Below are positions 24,926-37,367 of a DNA stretch of 64,000 nt, one piece after another. Source of the DNA: Eledone cirrhosa (taxonomy: Eukaryota). The DNA lies in NCBI GenBank assembly GCA_964016885.1, contig OZ024742.1, positions 207,266,001 to 207,330,000 of the forward strand, read 5' to 3'. The translations under genes were made by a program, and so were the position numbers. The notes under the pieces were generated by a model. It worked only from the letters and a program-made list of their open reading frames with translations, did no database searches and was not told the DNA's origin. Within the stretch, counting starts at the first letter, position 1. Each line of letters starts with the position of its first letter.

Positions 24926-25743
24926 CTTTGTCTCTCTGTCTGTTCCTATGCATTCTCTAACGGCTGGACCAAATCAAATCAAATTTGACAAGATAACAGT
25001 ATTGTACCCCAGGGTGTGAACGTGTAATTTTTATTTTCATTTGGATTTAAACTATATAAGATTTTATCTAAAATATTTTATAGTCAAATGTAGTAAGCCA
25101 CGACGGCGATGAAGACAGACTGTGTATGGGCCTGTGAGTGTGTGGGTGTTTGTGCGTTCGTTATGTAGGTTAGGCCTCAGAGAATTAAACACACACACAC
25201 ATCTACACATACATACTCATAATGTGTGTGAGCGTATGTGAGATTGTAGACGTCACATTTTGTATATGTATGTGTCTGTCTTAGTATATGTATGTGAATT
25301 TATATTAGAGTGTATGTGTGGGTGTGAGTGTATGTGCGAGTGTATGTGTGTGTAAATGTATATGAGAGTGTATGTGTGTGTGAGTGTATGTGTGATAGTC
25401 CTTATTTTCATTTGGATTAAAACAATAGGCCGTCACATTGTGTATATGAATATATATGTGTCCGTGAGTGTGTGTGTGTTTGTGCGTTCATTAGGTATGT
25501 TATGAAATACACACATACATCTACACATACATGAATTACACAATGAATATTGTTTACCCTAAGGTGCTTCAAGATTGACAGATTTCCTTTCAAATTCTAT
25601 TATCATTACAATGTTGATATTTTAAAATAAAATCTAGGTATTTTGAAATAATTATGAGAAAAAAAAACATATTTTCATATTTATCGTCTACTAATCTGAA
25701 TAAGAACAGCAGTAACTAGGGCAACGCCGGGAAATTCAGCTAG
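24905..25743 (+). mobile_element. Non-autonomous Helitron-like element
   Basis: 5' tgtctgt repeats then ggaccaaatc..aaattt; 3' hairpin gggcaacgccggg followed by CTAG|T at 25740-25744; sits in (TA)n, so the 5' boundary is approximate. Confidence 0.7.
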
Positions 25744-26775
25744 TATATATATATATATATATATATAAATATATATATATTACTTCAAAATATCAATAAA
25801 TATAGACATTCATGTGATCAAATATATTTTATTATACATATTTCAGAGGTACTGAGCTATTTCATCAGTACGTCCGCATCAGATAAAATAAATTGATGTC
25901 TGACATACCTCGAATGTGCTGGTGGTTCAAATCCAGTCTTAGCAGTGATTAGTTATGACAAAACTCAATATTTATACACCATAAGTTGAAACATGAAAAA
26001 CTACATATAATAAAGAGGGTACGTATGAAAATGTGTATAAAAATATATAACAATAAATATAATAATTTTATATAAAGAGAAGTAATAAATATAAACATAA
26101 CTGTTAAAAATTTAAATAATAAAATATGTGTACCTCCGTATTATAGAGGGATCAAATGAGAGAGCGAGGGGCTAACTAGAGGAGAGAGAGAAAAGGAAAG
26201 AGATTTGATAGTAAAAACAAAGAAAGGGAAATATGTATGGTAACATATAATTACATAAGAAGGAAAATCAAGGTATATGATGCGTGACCATTTTTTTTTT
26301 CAAATATTAAGTTAATTAGAAATAATCAATTAATTAAATAACTTGAAATTTTTAGACTATAATATTTGAAAGAACCTATATTATTGTATTATATTTCAAG
26401 TTAAAGCAAATATAAAGTGAAAAAGATAATTTAAAATGAAAAAGATAATTTAACATAATTCCAAGGATAATCAAGAGTATATTTAAATAAAAAAAATATA
26501 GTCATTCATTTTGTTAGAAAAATTAAAATTAAAAATGTTATTAACTAACCATAAAGCTTATACATGTAGTAAATATGATATTATTACATATTTAATATCG
26601 CCAAATAAATTAACTATGGAGATTTTAAAGATACAGAAGCGTAAGCCAACCCAAACCGAACAGGGAGTGTGTTCTGTTATTATTTCTGCCAATATTATAA
26701 CAATATGACCCTCCCAAAGTATAACAATATTTGTTTCGACACACGATTTCATATCACAAACCTTGCAAAACAAAT

Positions 26776-26885
<110 letters not shown>

Positions 26886-27018
26886 GTGTGTGCGTTTGAG
26901 TGCGTGTGCTTGTGTTGTGTATGTGTGAGTGTATGTGTGTGTGTGTGTACGTATGCATACTTACTTTTATGTACCAGCTGTGCTAAACAGAGACATAATA
27001 TTCTTATTTTAGTATTAA

Positions 27019-28031
27019 CTAGCAGCAGTACCCAGCGTTGCCTCGGTAGGTAAAATAATATCTGCTTTGATGAAAAGGTGTTGATCTTAGCGACTGCTTC
27101 TCGATGACTTATCTATGGCCACACACAGTCCATGCGGGGGAGGGTGGTGATGATCTCTATCCCTGAGAAACGCGGGTGACTGACGAAGGGGCATGCTGGG
27201 GAGGGAGGTAATGACCTCTAACACTAAGCCAAATTTCCTCACGCTACTTGATTGGAAATCGATGAATTCTCAAATACACAACTAAAAGCTCAGACGACGT
27301 CAGTGGCCATCGTTTTGCCTCTGACCATCTATAAGACGTGCAATGATAGGTTCTATCGTAGTATAAAGGTTGAACCAAGTAAATTGATTTATATGTGAGG
27401 TGGAGCCGAAGTTTCGAATTTGAACGAAATCAGTTGAAAAATGTGGGAGCTAGAGCCGAAAAGGCTGAAATTTGAGCGAAAAGTTGGTATTTTCGAATAT
27501 TCAAGCGGCTGCAACGCCGTTCCTGAACAAAAAGTCCAGAATGTAAAGCCACTTTAAGATGTGAAATAATCAGATCTAGCGTAGTGTAACATTTGAACAA
27601 AGTAGGTAGATTAATGTGAGAGCTAGAGCCGAAAAAGTGGAAATTTGAGTCTAAAAGTGGTATTTTTGAATATTTAAGCGGCTGCCACGCCGACCCTGAA
27701 CAACAAATGCAAAATATAAAGCTATGCAATGTTAATTTCTATTTTCCTTTAAAATTTGAACGAAATCAGTGGCAAAATGCGAGAGCTAGAGCCACAAATC
27801 TTATTTTTCGATACCTAAAAAAGGTGACCCTCCCTATCCATTTTTATCTGCAAAATGACCCCGGAATAAAAAAAACCGATACACTGATATATAGAAAACA
27901 CTCCCCGATGACTAATCTATGAATCTGTAAAGAGCCTGTAAAGTTTCATGAAAATCGGTCGTAAGATGTAGGCCCCTATAGGTAATACACAGACACACAG
28001 ACACACACACATACTTAATTTTATATATATA
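27019..28031 (-). mobile_element. Non-autonomous Helitron-like element
   Basis: Minus-strand 3' end ccgaggcaacgctgggtactgctgCTAG|T; minus-strand 5' end tatatatataaaattaagtatgtgtgtgtgtctgtg..ccgattttcatgaaacttt; internal repeats containing agctagagccgaaaa. Confidence 0.72.
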
Positions 28032-28085
28032 CAGTATACAGATGTTCGATATAACTAATACGTACATATTTATAATGCTCGTGTG

Positions 28086-28201
<116 letters not shown>

Positions 28202-28581
28202 TAACAGATTAAAGTTTAAACAAAAAATCGCTGCTTTCACCCTTAACGGGATCTTCCTTATCGAGCCCTCTTTTGATTTTAGTCTTCAAATTTATTATTA
28301 TTACTATATATATATATATATATATAGGATAACAAATTATCGTTATAGGTAATCCAGTTAGAGGTTGTGAATACTCCGATTTGGGGATAGTATTAGCGTA
28401 AGGTGTTGTTTGACACAAGAGGTTTTCTTAGGTAGCGAGTTTGTGAGTTCTCGGGAATTCTATGTAAGTAAATCTTGGAGTAATAATAGTGAAATAATGA
28501 AAAATAACATGGTCAACAGTACAAAAAGGGTTTTATTTACAGTATTAATAATTGTTTCATTGATTAAGTTGTCAAACAATT

Positions 28582-29495
28582 GGATCCGGCAATCAATGGA
28601 GACTCAACCTCAACACTCTATAGAGGGTTGGTGCGCAGTAAGTGCGACGACGCTCTCGAAGAGGCTCTGGGCATGGAGGAAGACGAGCTGACCAGTCTGT
28701 TCGGTAGGACGTTTGGCACGGGACCAGTGGACAACTTCCAAAAGTCCCTGGCTTGGCAATGTTACCGAGGGGCTCTACCCGTTCGGGAAAGCTCTACAGA
28801 CATGGGCGCCCGGGTAGGGACCCCTCGAAGAAGATCTGTCCAAGATGCATGCGTGACGAGGAAACCGCCGCACACGCATTCGAACACTGCCCGGGCGTTG
28901 CTGACCTGTGGGGCTATGTAGAACGACTACTGTCGCGGGTGGGACCAATCCGGTTGACCACCGAGAACATTGTCACAATCAAACCGCCTCCCCCTTTCAA
29001 AAAGGAAGGAGAGGCGGTTTTCATCTGTGTGATAGCCATGGCGAAAGAAGTTGTATGGTGGACAAGGTTGAAAGGGCTGAGGTCAGACACCTTTCTCTCC
29101 GGCCAACAACTGGTCTTTTTTTTCAAGTACCACTTTAGAAGAAGGATCAGAATGGAGAGAGAGGTGCCCTACCCCAGCAAGTTTTATGAAAGATGGGTGA
29201 AAGTAGCGAGAATGGCCCGAGTGAATGGGCCTTCTCTCTATATCAGCCTGTAGGTGAGAGAGGAGAAGAATGAGAAGAGGAAGGAAGCACCCGCTCTTTG
29301 TGCTCCTGAAGAGGAGGGTTGCACATTTTTTCGGGGGTGTGTGCGACCCATGTCAACGCCCCCCCCCTATTGAGGAAATCGATTGTTAAATTTAATTTGT
29401 TATATGTTTTTTACACGTCTTTTTAAATGTATGTAAACTTCCCCCTTTGTATTTGTCCCAATCTTTGATGCCCTGGAGGCAAATACATAGAAATA
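28582..29495 (+). mobile_element. Tx1-clade L1, subfamily 2, 3' fragment
   Basis: DNFQKSLAWQCYRGALPVR, CPRC..ETAAHAFEHC, ERWVKVARMARVNGPSLYISL*; 3' UTR matches 58840-59103. Confidence 0.9.
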
Positions 29496-29509
29496 TATAT
29501 AATATACAA

Positions 29510-30050
29510 CACACTCTTCCAACCCTCCTCTCTATATCAATTATCACCAAATTACCCCTCTCTATATATCTATCATACAAGACTCTCTCACATTCCCTCT
29601 CACTCTATCCATTACTACCAAACTCCCCACCCATCTCTATATCTATTAATACCTATCTCTATCAATCCCCTCACGCCAATCATTACCACCAAACTAAGTC
29701 CGTCTCTATATCAACCAAACAACACTCTCTCACAATTCCACTCTCCATATCAATTAATATCAAAAGCTCCCCCTCTCAACATTAACCATAAAATATTTTT
29801 TCCCAATCCACCTCACTCTATCAATTAACACGAAACTCTCACCCTCTCTATATCTACTACACGGAAATCTTTTCCAATCCCCCTCTATACATCAATTAGA
29901 ACCAAATTCTCACACTGTTTATATCTAATACACAGAACTCTCTTCCAATACCCCTCTCTATATCAATTAGCATCAATCTCTCTCCTTCTCTATATCTATT
30001 ACACTGATCTCTTTTCCAATCTCCCTCTCTATCTATATACTACTAAAACT
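29510..30050. repeat. Degenerate C/T-rich minisatellite
   Basis: Recurrent ccctctctatatc(a/t)atta..accaaactct units about every 30-35 bp. Confidence 0.65.
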
Positions 30051-30069
30051 CTGTGATTGTGTCTTGTAT

Positions 30070-31065
30070 GTAATATAATACAGCCAAAATGAGTAAATAC
30101 TTTGAAACGAAATTGCATCTGAAATGGGAATACAATATGGAATAAAATAATAGGCTAACACCTACACGGGAGGATGCCGTCCGAGTAACTTATGCGCGGA
30201 GGAAACATTACAAATGCCGTTTACGAAGGACCAACTCCTAAACAAAAAAGACGAACTTGTAACTGCATGTAAACACCGATTGCGTAGGACTTACCTCGTT
30301 CTCAAACCCCTCATGACCCGGGTGGGTAGACAATGGCTGCAACAATCTTCTTTTCCCCACTTGCCGAACAAGATAGGGGAAACCCCAGCATACATAGGTA
30401 GATGTACTTCTTTTCTTTTTCTTTTCTTCTTCCCTTTATCTCTTCTTATCACTTCCTTCCACTCCTTTTCCTCTTCCTTTCCTTTTTCCTCTTTCGCCTA
30501 CCCCAAGCAGCTCATCGGGCTTCTGTAGCCTCAGTACTCCCACTCCAGTAAATTATATATAGCGTTGGCCGAAAACGCAATACCAGCTAAAAATATAGCA
30601 ACTGCTTTATACTCTAGAGATTTTTTTTATTATTTTTACTTTTTAATTTTATTATTTTCATATATTTTTTATTTATTATCTTTTAATCTCAATTTATTAA
30701 CCATTTCTATAACCTCTCACTCTCAGTATCCTTTTTTCGCCTGCTTCCTAACTAGCCTAATTTTATACGCACTCCTTAGAGTTTGCTGTATAGAATTCAC
30801 TTTCAACGCTTGACCGGCTCCACCCACTCACCCATTGTTCTACAGGCAAGTTCAGCCACCACCACCTCCCACCCACTGCCATGAAAAAATTAATTATGTT
30901 TACAAGAAATTTTGACCAATCCTCTTGATAAATACAATCTTCCCATATAAGGAATTACCTCTTGATAAGTTCGGCTATTTATTTACCACGCTAAAAATTC
31001 TAATTTAGTCCAGAAATAGCCGTCGAAACAGCGTGAGCGCTGCCGTCAGAGTTAAACATTTTCCT
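30070..31065 (+). mobile_element. Penelope-like element 3' end (decayed GIY-YIG tail plus 3' UTR ending in the family A hammerhead)
   Basis: YTGGCRPSNLCAEE...LLNKKDELVTACKHR typical PLE C-terminus; ends with gtccagaaatagccgtcgaaac...gccgtcagagttaaacattttcc then (TA)n. Confidence 0.68.
30953..31056 (+). ncRNA. Decayed type I hammerhead with TTGATAA core (family A)
   Basis: cctc-TTGATAA-GTTCGGCTATTT...AAATAGCCGTC-GAAAC-AGC-GTGAGCGCT-GCC-GTC-AGAG; stem I register is imperfect. Confidence 0.5.
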
Positions 31066-31089
31066 ATATATATATGTAAATGAAAGGAT

Positions 31090-31218
31090 CGATCGACTTT
31101 TGTCAAATCGGACCGAGGAAACAATGTTTTCGTCGGTCTTTCCAGTCGGTCTTACCGGTCGCAACTCCAGGTAGAAGGAACAACGTGAAATAAAGTGTCT
31201 TGCTCAAGGAGACACTTT
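31090..31218 (-). mobile_element. SINE fragment (second family)
   Basis: Minus strand gtgtctccttgagcaagacactttatttcacgttg, a common invertebrate SINE central motif. Confidence 0.45.
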
Positions 31219-31658
31219 ATATATATATATATATGGTATATATATATACGGTAAACTTTGATGCAATTCACTTCAGGCACTCTACGTACTTTTTCCACAT
31301 AGGAATGACGCAGTATATTTAGAATAAGAAAATGCGAAGTAGTTTCGCATTTGGAGCTGTGGAGGGGAATTAGGGTTCTCAAGGGAACGGGGGAAGGTTT
31401 CATGAACATTATTTTTTACCGGTCTCTTGTCGTTTTAATATGGATTGCCTCGTGAACGTAACCTTATTATGTAAGAAGCTGTCTGATGTGATCATGGCAC
31501 TTGTTGAATACATATAAAAATGAGAAAACTCATCGCTAGAACAACCGTTAAAACAGATAAATGCTGTCAAAGACAACGATGGGCAAAAATACCTCAGAGA
31601 ATATAGATCAGCAGCCAGTGGTCAATAGGGAGACAATTTACAAAGTTGGTGACAAGCA

Positions 31659-31859
31659 TTTAGCTATTCTAACGATGAGTTTTCTCATATTTTACATGTA
31701 TTCAAGAAGTGCCATGTTCTCATCAGACAGCTTCTTACATAATAAGTTTAAGTTGTCTCTGACAACTTAAACTTATTATGTAAGAAGCTGTCTGATGAGA
31801 ACATGGCACTTGTTGAATACATGTAAAATATGAGAAAACTCATCGTTAGAATAGCTAAA
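31659..31859. repeat. 201-bp near-perfect palindrome (99-bp arms, 3-nt loop) containing a CTGATGA hammerhead-like motif; third partial copy at ~31463-31545
   Basis: Arms 31659-31757 and 31761-31859 differ at one position. Confidence 0.9.
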
Positions 31860-32376
31860 ATCAGATTGTTGTAGTTTGCTTGAATAGGAAACACAAATTT
31901 ATAATTTTGAAAACCACAGAAAGAAAATCAAGATTGATAAGATAACAAAAGAATATTACCTTAGCAAATTTAATGGTCCCAAATATTTTCGTGTTTAAAA
32001 AACTATTACCAAGGGAGTATCCCTATGAAAGACTTAAACGATCGATTAGAGTTGACTTGCTTGTTTGGAGAGCAGATTTAAGTTAAATGAAATGAAAAGA
32101 CGTTAATTTTGAACGTGTGCGCTGTGAAATGTATGATATATGCATGTGTGTGTGTGAATGTAAGTGTGCTAAGTGGGATGTTTGTATGTGTGTGCATGAA
32201 TGTAAGTTTATGTAGTGAAAGGTGTGTGCGAATATGTATATAATAAAACGGGAATAATATGTGTGCGATTATATGTATGTGTGTGTGTGAGTTTAAGTGT
32301 GTTTGTCTAGTGAGGGCATAGGTTTAATTTGAAAGAATGAATGAAACAGGCCGCTGAGATGTTGGAATAAAGGCTT

Positions 32377-33775
32377 TTAAATTAGGCATTCTGGTCCACT
32401 TCTTTCCATTCGATTATTGATCCTAGATTTTAATTGCTTGATTAAGAGGGTGTCCTGAATTCTCAGCGTGCCTATACTACGTTCGGTAGCTAAGATTGTG
32501 GTGGTATTGTCCTGGTTTCTGCATTTTATGATGTGTTTGCGGAAGGAAGAAGAGTTGGTGTTAACATGCTCTTTAATACGGAGATGTAACGGTCGAATAG
32601 TGCTGCCTATGTAAAGTAGATTGCCTTTGTTACATTCTAGCCTGTATACTACATAGGTACGTTGGCAACAATTAGTGTAGGGCAATTGGCTAGGGTGCAT
32701 CAGTTATCCTCGGTAGGGGGTTGACTTGTGGAGAGGTATCTTCGCAGGGAAGGTCCAGAGTGAGCTAGTTTGATATTGAGGCCCTCTCTTCTGATGGCTT
32801 TGCGTATGGCATTGGTGGATTCTGTGCTGAGATATGGGATCTTGAAGAAGAAAGTGTTGTTTGTGTTGTTCCGGTCTCTGGGCCTGGGGTTTCATCGTGG
32901 GATGGAGAAGGAAGCTGGGTAGCCGTTAATCTCCAGTACTTTGTGGAATCGTATGATATGGGTGGCTATATTAGCAGTGTCAATGCATCGGTTGTGTATG
33001 CGAGCCATTTCGTTGAACTCTTTTAGAGCTGTTGGGGAGGGCAGATTTGTAATGTACAAACAGGTCCCTGCTGGTGTCGCAGGAGCTGAGAAGTCGGCGT
33101 TGTAGTCTGTTCATATACGAAATGGCCACTAAACCCGAGAGGCTGGATCCCATGAGTAATCCAGAGCTCTGTCGGTAGGTTTGTCCCAGGAAGTTGGAAA
33201 AGGCATTCTTTACAATGATGGATAGGAGCTGGTGGATGTCGGTGGTAGTGAGGCCGAAAATATCCTGGTCACTGAAACTGACACATTCAGTGAGTATATC
33301 CCCTGCCGGAAGTGCAGGTACCGATGTGTAGAGGGATACTACACCCAGGCTGAAGGCGTACATGTTGGATTTGAGGGTGTGAAGTTCTCGTTGTTTGGGT
33401 CGCTGGATGACATCATCCGAACTGTAGACATGGCCCGGGGTTTTAAAATCTTGGAGAGTAGCCAAGAGATTTTATAAGATGGTCCTTCAATACTGGTTGC
33501 TTAGGGTAGCGAGTTGTGGTCTGGAGAGATGGTGGTGAGAATGAGTGTTTTTGTAGGATGTTAGAAATGGTCAGTTTTAACCGTGAGAGTTTATTCCCGA
33601 GATCACGATTGGCGGGTGGAAGGTGTAGTAAGTTGTCGAGATGGTAAGTGGGGAATTTTGAGTTCGTTGTGGAGGTCTCTGAAGTGCCGATGAAAGACAA
33701 CCCCTTGAGCTTGTAGGCGGCTCTGTAGAAATTGGACTCAATGTCGAGTCTGAGAATGTCATAGAGTCTCTGCGT
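32377..33775 (-). mobile_element. Penelope-like element (different clade), decayed RT + GIY-YIG
   Basis: FSLGVVSLYTSVP, YRQSSGLLMGSSLSGLVA..YMNRL, LFVHYKSALP, VVYRLEC..YIGSTIRPLHLRIKEH..SSFRKH..LIKQLKSRIN; RT YxDD region appears deleted. Confidence 0.85.
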
Positions 33776-34623
33776 TAGGATGAACTATATATACGTATGT
33801 GTATATATAGGTTGAGATGTTACGAGGTAAGGCCGGTATGACAATTATTCCATTTACGTGTTAGTACTCTATATTTTCTTCCGGCAAATTAATCAAAAGA
33901 CAATGCTAGTGGGACAGTGTCTGTTAGTCGGAGATAAATCTACATTATCAAACTACCAGAGCCATCGAATATCATCTAGGTAAGGGAAAACGGAAATAAA
34001 AACAAGCCAGTTATGCTTCTCTAATGATATCTGTTATATATAACAACTATACGGATGGCAAAACCAAATTATTCAATGACTGTTTTAAGTTCATTCTTGG
34101 CATGTATTTGATTTTGAGTTTTTAAAAATTGGTTTCACCGCAAACTCCTCCACCTGTGATTGAACATATAACTCCACCCCTGAAGACTTGAATGAAGCTA
34201 AATCAATCTGAATAATTTCTCATTTACTACCGAAACGGTTTCAGCTTAGCTGTTGTGCTCTAAGTTTAAAATGTATTGAGGTTGTTATCAATATCTATCT
34301 GAAATAAACGTCTGGATTGGTAAAGACGATAAAGCATTTGACCGAATGCATTGCGGTTGTTCGGCTCTTTGAACACTGGTTTCTGGTTTCAAAGCCCACC
34401 TCATGTCATTAGAAAAATACGGGTCCTTCAAGATCCGGCAAAAGTGGTTATAAGATTGGGAAGATCTTAAGAAATAGATTATGTATTTAGCCTAAAAAGT
34501 GTTAATGCCAGAACAATTGACCAAACTGAATGCAAGAGGGCTCGAATGTACTCTGCACACACATTTCTTTATTTTCACATACATGCACATATTCGTTCAT
34601 ACATACATACATACATACATACA

Positions 34624-34657
<34 letters not shown>

Positions 34658-35764
34658 CATGCGTAAAGCTCCGTCATCCAACCACATTCTGTTGACAAAA
34701 ATATACGTTTTAAAATTTTCCAGCGAAAACTGGTTGCATATTTCACAATATTAAGTCCGCTGTCTATTTATTTCTAATCGTATTATTTTTATGTATTTAT
34801 CTTTTTTGTTTGTCGACAGACACTAGTACATTTTCCTGACTATTCCTGCTGTATTATCGACTCACATGCATCCTACCAACTTAGCGGTTCTTCAATCTGT
34901 TGCGTAAACTGGCATTATATGTGCAATAACTCCTTAATGCGCAAAATTGTAGTGAGCAAGTGGCTGTCGAAGTAAAGATGCAGTTGTCTGTTCATCATAT
35001 GTAACGGCTTTTCTATGTGTATTTTCGGCTGAAATTATATATACATATAACTACATATAAATACAAATACATGATTAGCAAGACGGAGGAAGAATTAAGA
35101 AGAATGAGAAGGGGGTAGTGAGAGGAAGAACACAATTATTAGTGTTATTCCACATCCGGACATATGAGATTCTTTCTTTCCACCAGGAAAGGAAGTTGTA
35201 CACTATTAAGATCCTTTATGTAAGGATAGTTAATCTACCGAAAGTTTGCCGAAAAAGGCTAAAATCGTGATGTGACAAACATAAACGACAGCGAAATCCA
35301 AATATCTTATATTCAGTAATTTACCAGTGCTATGTTTCGGACATTTATTAACTAGATATCATCTATAGAGTGATTTATTTTGGAAAGTAATTCAGATAAT
35401 TTGTTTGATATAAACTGTACTAGGGTCGATTTAATCGTCTGATCTCCATCTATGTTAGAAATTACTATTAAATTATTTATCTTGTGCAAACAGTACTTTT
35501 AGAATTTGCTGCGAATAATTATACTATACATACAGACACACACTCCCACACGCATGCGCGCACACACGCATGCACGCACACACGCACGCACACACACATA
35601 GACGCACACGCGCGCGCACACACAGACACACACACATATATATATATATATTGTGTTGTGTTGGATGTAAAGGACATCAGAAAATACATACACTGACACG
35701 ATCGCACAGTCTCTTTCATATCCAAATAGCTATAGCCTTTACACCAGCACACACACACATGTGT

Positions 35765-35850
<86 letters not shown>

Positions 35851-35853
<3 letters not shown>

Positions 35854-36074
35854 CATACTACTGTACGTCTGTATACATATATGTATGTACGTATACATAC
35901 ATACTTACATTTAAGTACCAGCCGTACTAAGAGTGAGAAATGAAATTTCGTTTCATTCTTTTCCATATATCTATATATATATATATTCTCACTCTTAGTA
36001 CGGCTGGTACTTAAATGTAAGTATGTATGTATACGTACATACATATATGTATACAGACGTACAGTAGTATGTAT
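35851..36074. repeat. Perfect inverted repeat, 89-bp arms with 46-bp spacer, inside TA-rich microsatellite
   Basis: 35851-35939 is the reverse complement of 35986-36074. Confidence 0.9.
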
Positions 36075-36311
36075 ATATATACATACATGCACACACATAT
36101 ATATATGTAGGTATGGGTTTACCGAACATTTATTATAATTCTCGGTTTGTTTGTAAACAAACAGCCCGAATTACGCCGTACAGTGTTCAGGCAACCATCG
36201 TCACCTTTTTGTTCAACACTGACACAGGAATGATGTACTAGAATGATGTACAAGCTTATTAGCTATCGTCAGCATCGTATACCTTTCTGTCAGATGATTG
36301 AACGTCTGAAA

Positions 36312-36472
<161 letters not shown>

Positions 36473-36541
36473 TATGAAGAGAGAAGAAACATTTAGATAT
36501 AATTAGTAATAAAATGTATCATACCTAAACTGTTCCTAAAT

Positions 36542-36629
36542 TCCTCGACTACGTAGTTTCGTGGCATAAACAAAAACAATATATCAAAGATATAGAGTCC
36601 TTGCGAGGTCTGCCGACTTATCAAGAGGA
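36542..36629 (-). ncRNA. Type I hammerhead ribozyme, U3:A8 core variant (downstream copy on the minus strand)
   Basis: Minus strand TCCTC-TTGATAA-GTCGGCA...TGCCAC-GAAA-CTACGTAG-TC|GAGGA; stem I 5 bp; stem II closed by G:C; stem III ACTACGTAGT palindromic; GUC cleavage site. Confidence 0.85.
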
Positions 36630-37132
36630 TACCTCATTTTACTAGTCTCAAGAACGCGTCTACACGACGTGAGAAAGAATCCCAAAAGGCGGAGGGGGAG
36701 ACAGTCACGCGATATAACGGTCGAGAAACAGAGCTAAGCCTCTTATAACCACGAAGAAAATACCACGGAGGCGGAGGGGGTATTCATATCGAGGCCGTAG
36801 AAGAGGTAGTGAAGAAGGCGAGAAGTATGAGTAATGGAAGCTTTCCAGTTGTCCCCACACTTCAAAGATTGCTCGACCAGAGGGAGTTATTAATATATTT
36901 AGAAACACACAGATACATGCGGACACACACATATATACATGAATGCATCCGCACCCAACTGTGAGTTAAGGGTGCCAACTTCACCGATGTTGCTCAATGA
37001 ATGACTGGGACAGACCAATTCAGTTTGAACCAGACTGAACCAGTATCAGAGTTAAAAATACATTATGAAGAGAGAAGAAACATTTAGATATAATTAGTAA
37101 TAAAATGTATCATACCTAAACTGTTCCTAAAT

Positions 37133-37220
37133 TCCTCGACTACGTAGTTTCGTGGCATAAACAAAAACAATATATCAAAGATATAGAGTCCTTGCGAGGT
37201 CTGCCGACTTATCAAGAGGA
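37133..37220 (-). ncRNA. Type I hammerhead ribozyme, U3:A8 core variant (upstream copy on the minus strand)
   Basis: Identical to 36542-36629. Confidence 0.85.
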
Positions 37221-37367
37221 TACCTCATTTTACTAGTCTCAAGAACGCGTCTACACGACGTGAGAAAGAATTCCAAAAGGCGGAGGGGGAGACAGTCACG
37301 CGATATAACGGTTGAGAAACAGAGCTAAGCCTCTTATAACCACGAAGAAAATACCACGGAGGCGGAG

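Noticed and set aside
25840-25876. Minus-strand CTGATGA...GAAA hammerhead-like motif
   Set aside because: No convincing stem I or stem II pairing in the required register
28222-28270. Minus-strand gaagatcccgttaagggtgaaagc resembling the pLTR hammerhead
   Set aside because: The CUG of the core and the NUH/stem III are missing; at most a decayed remnant
36240-36280. Minus-strand GATG-CTGACGA-TAGCTAATAAGCT-TGTACATC
   Set aside because: The GAAA core element is absent, so it cannot be called a ribozyme
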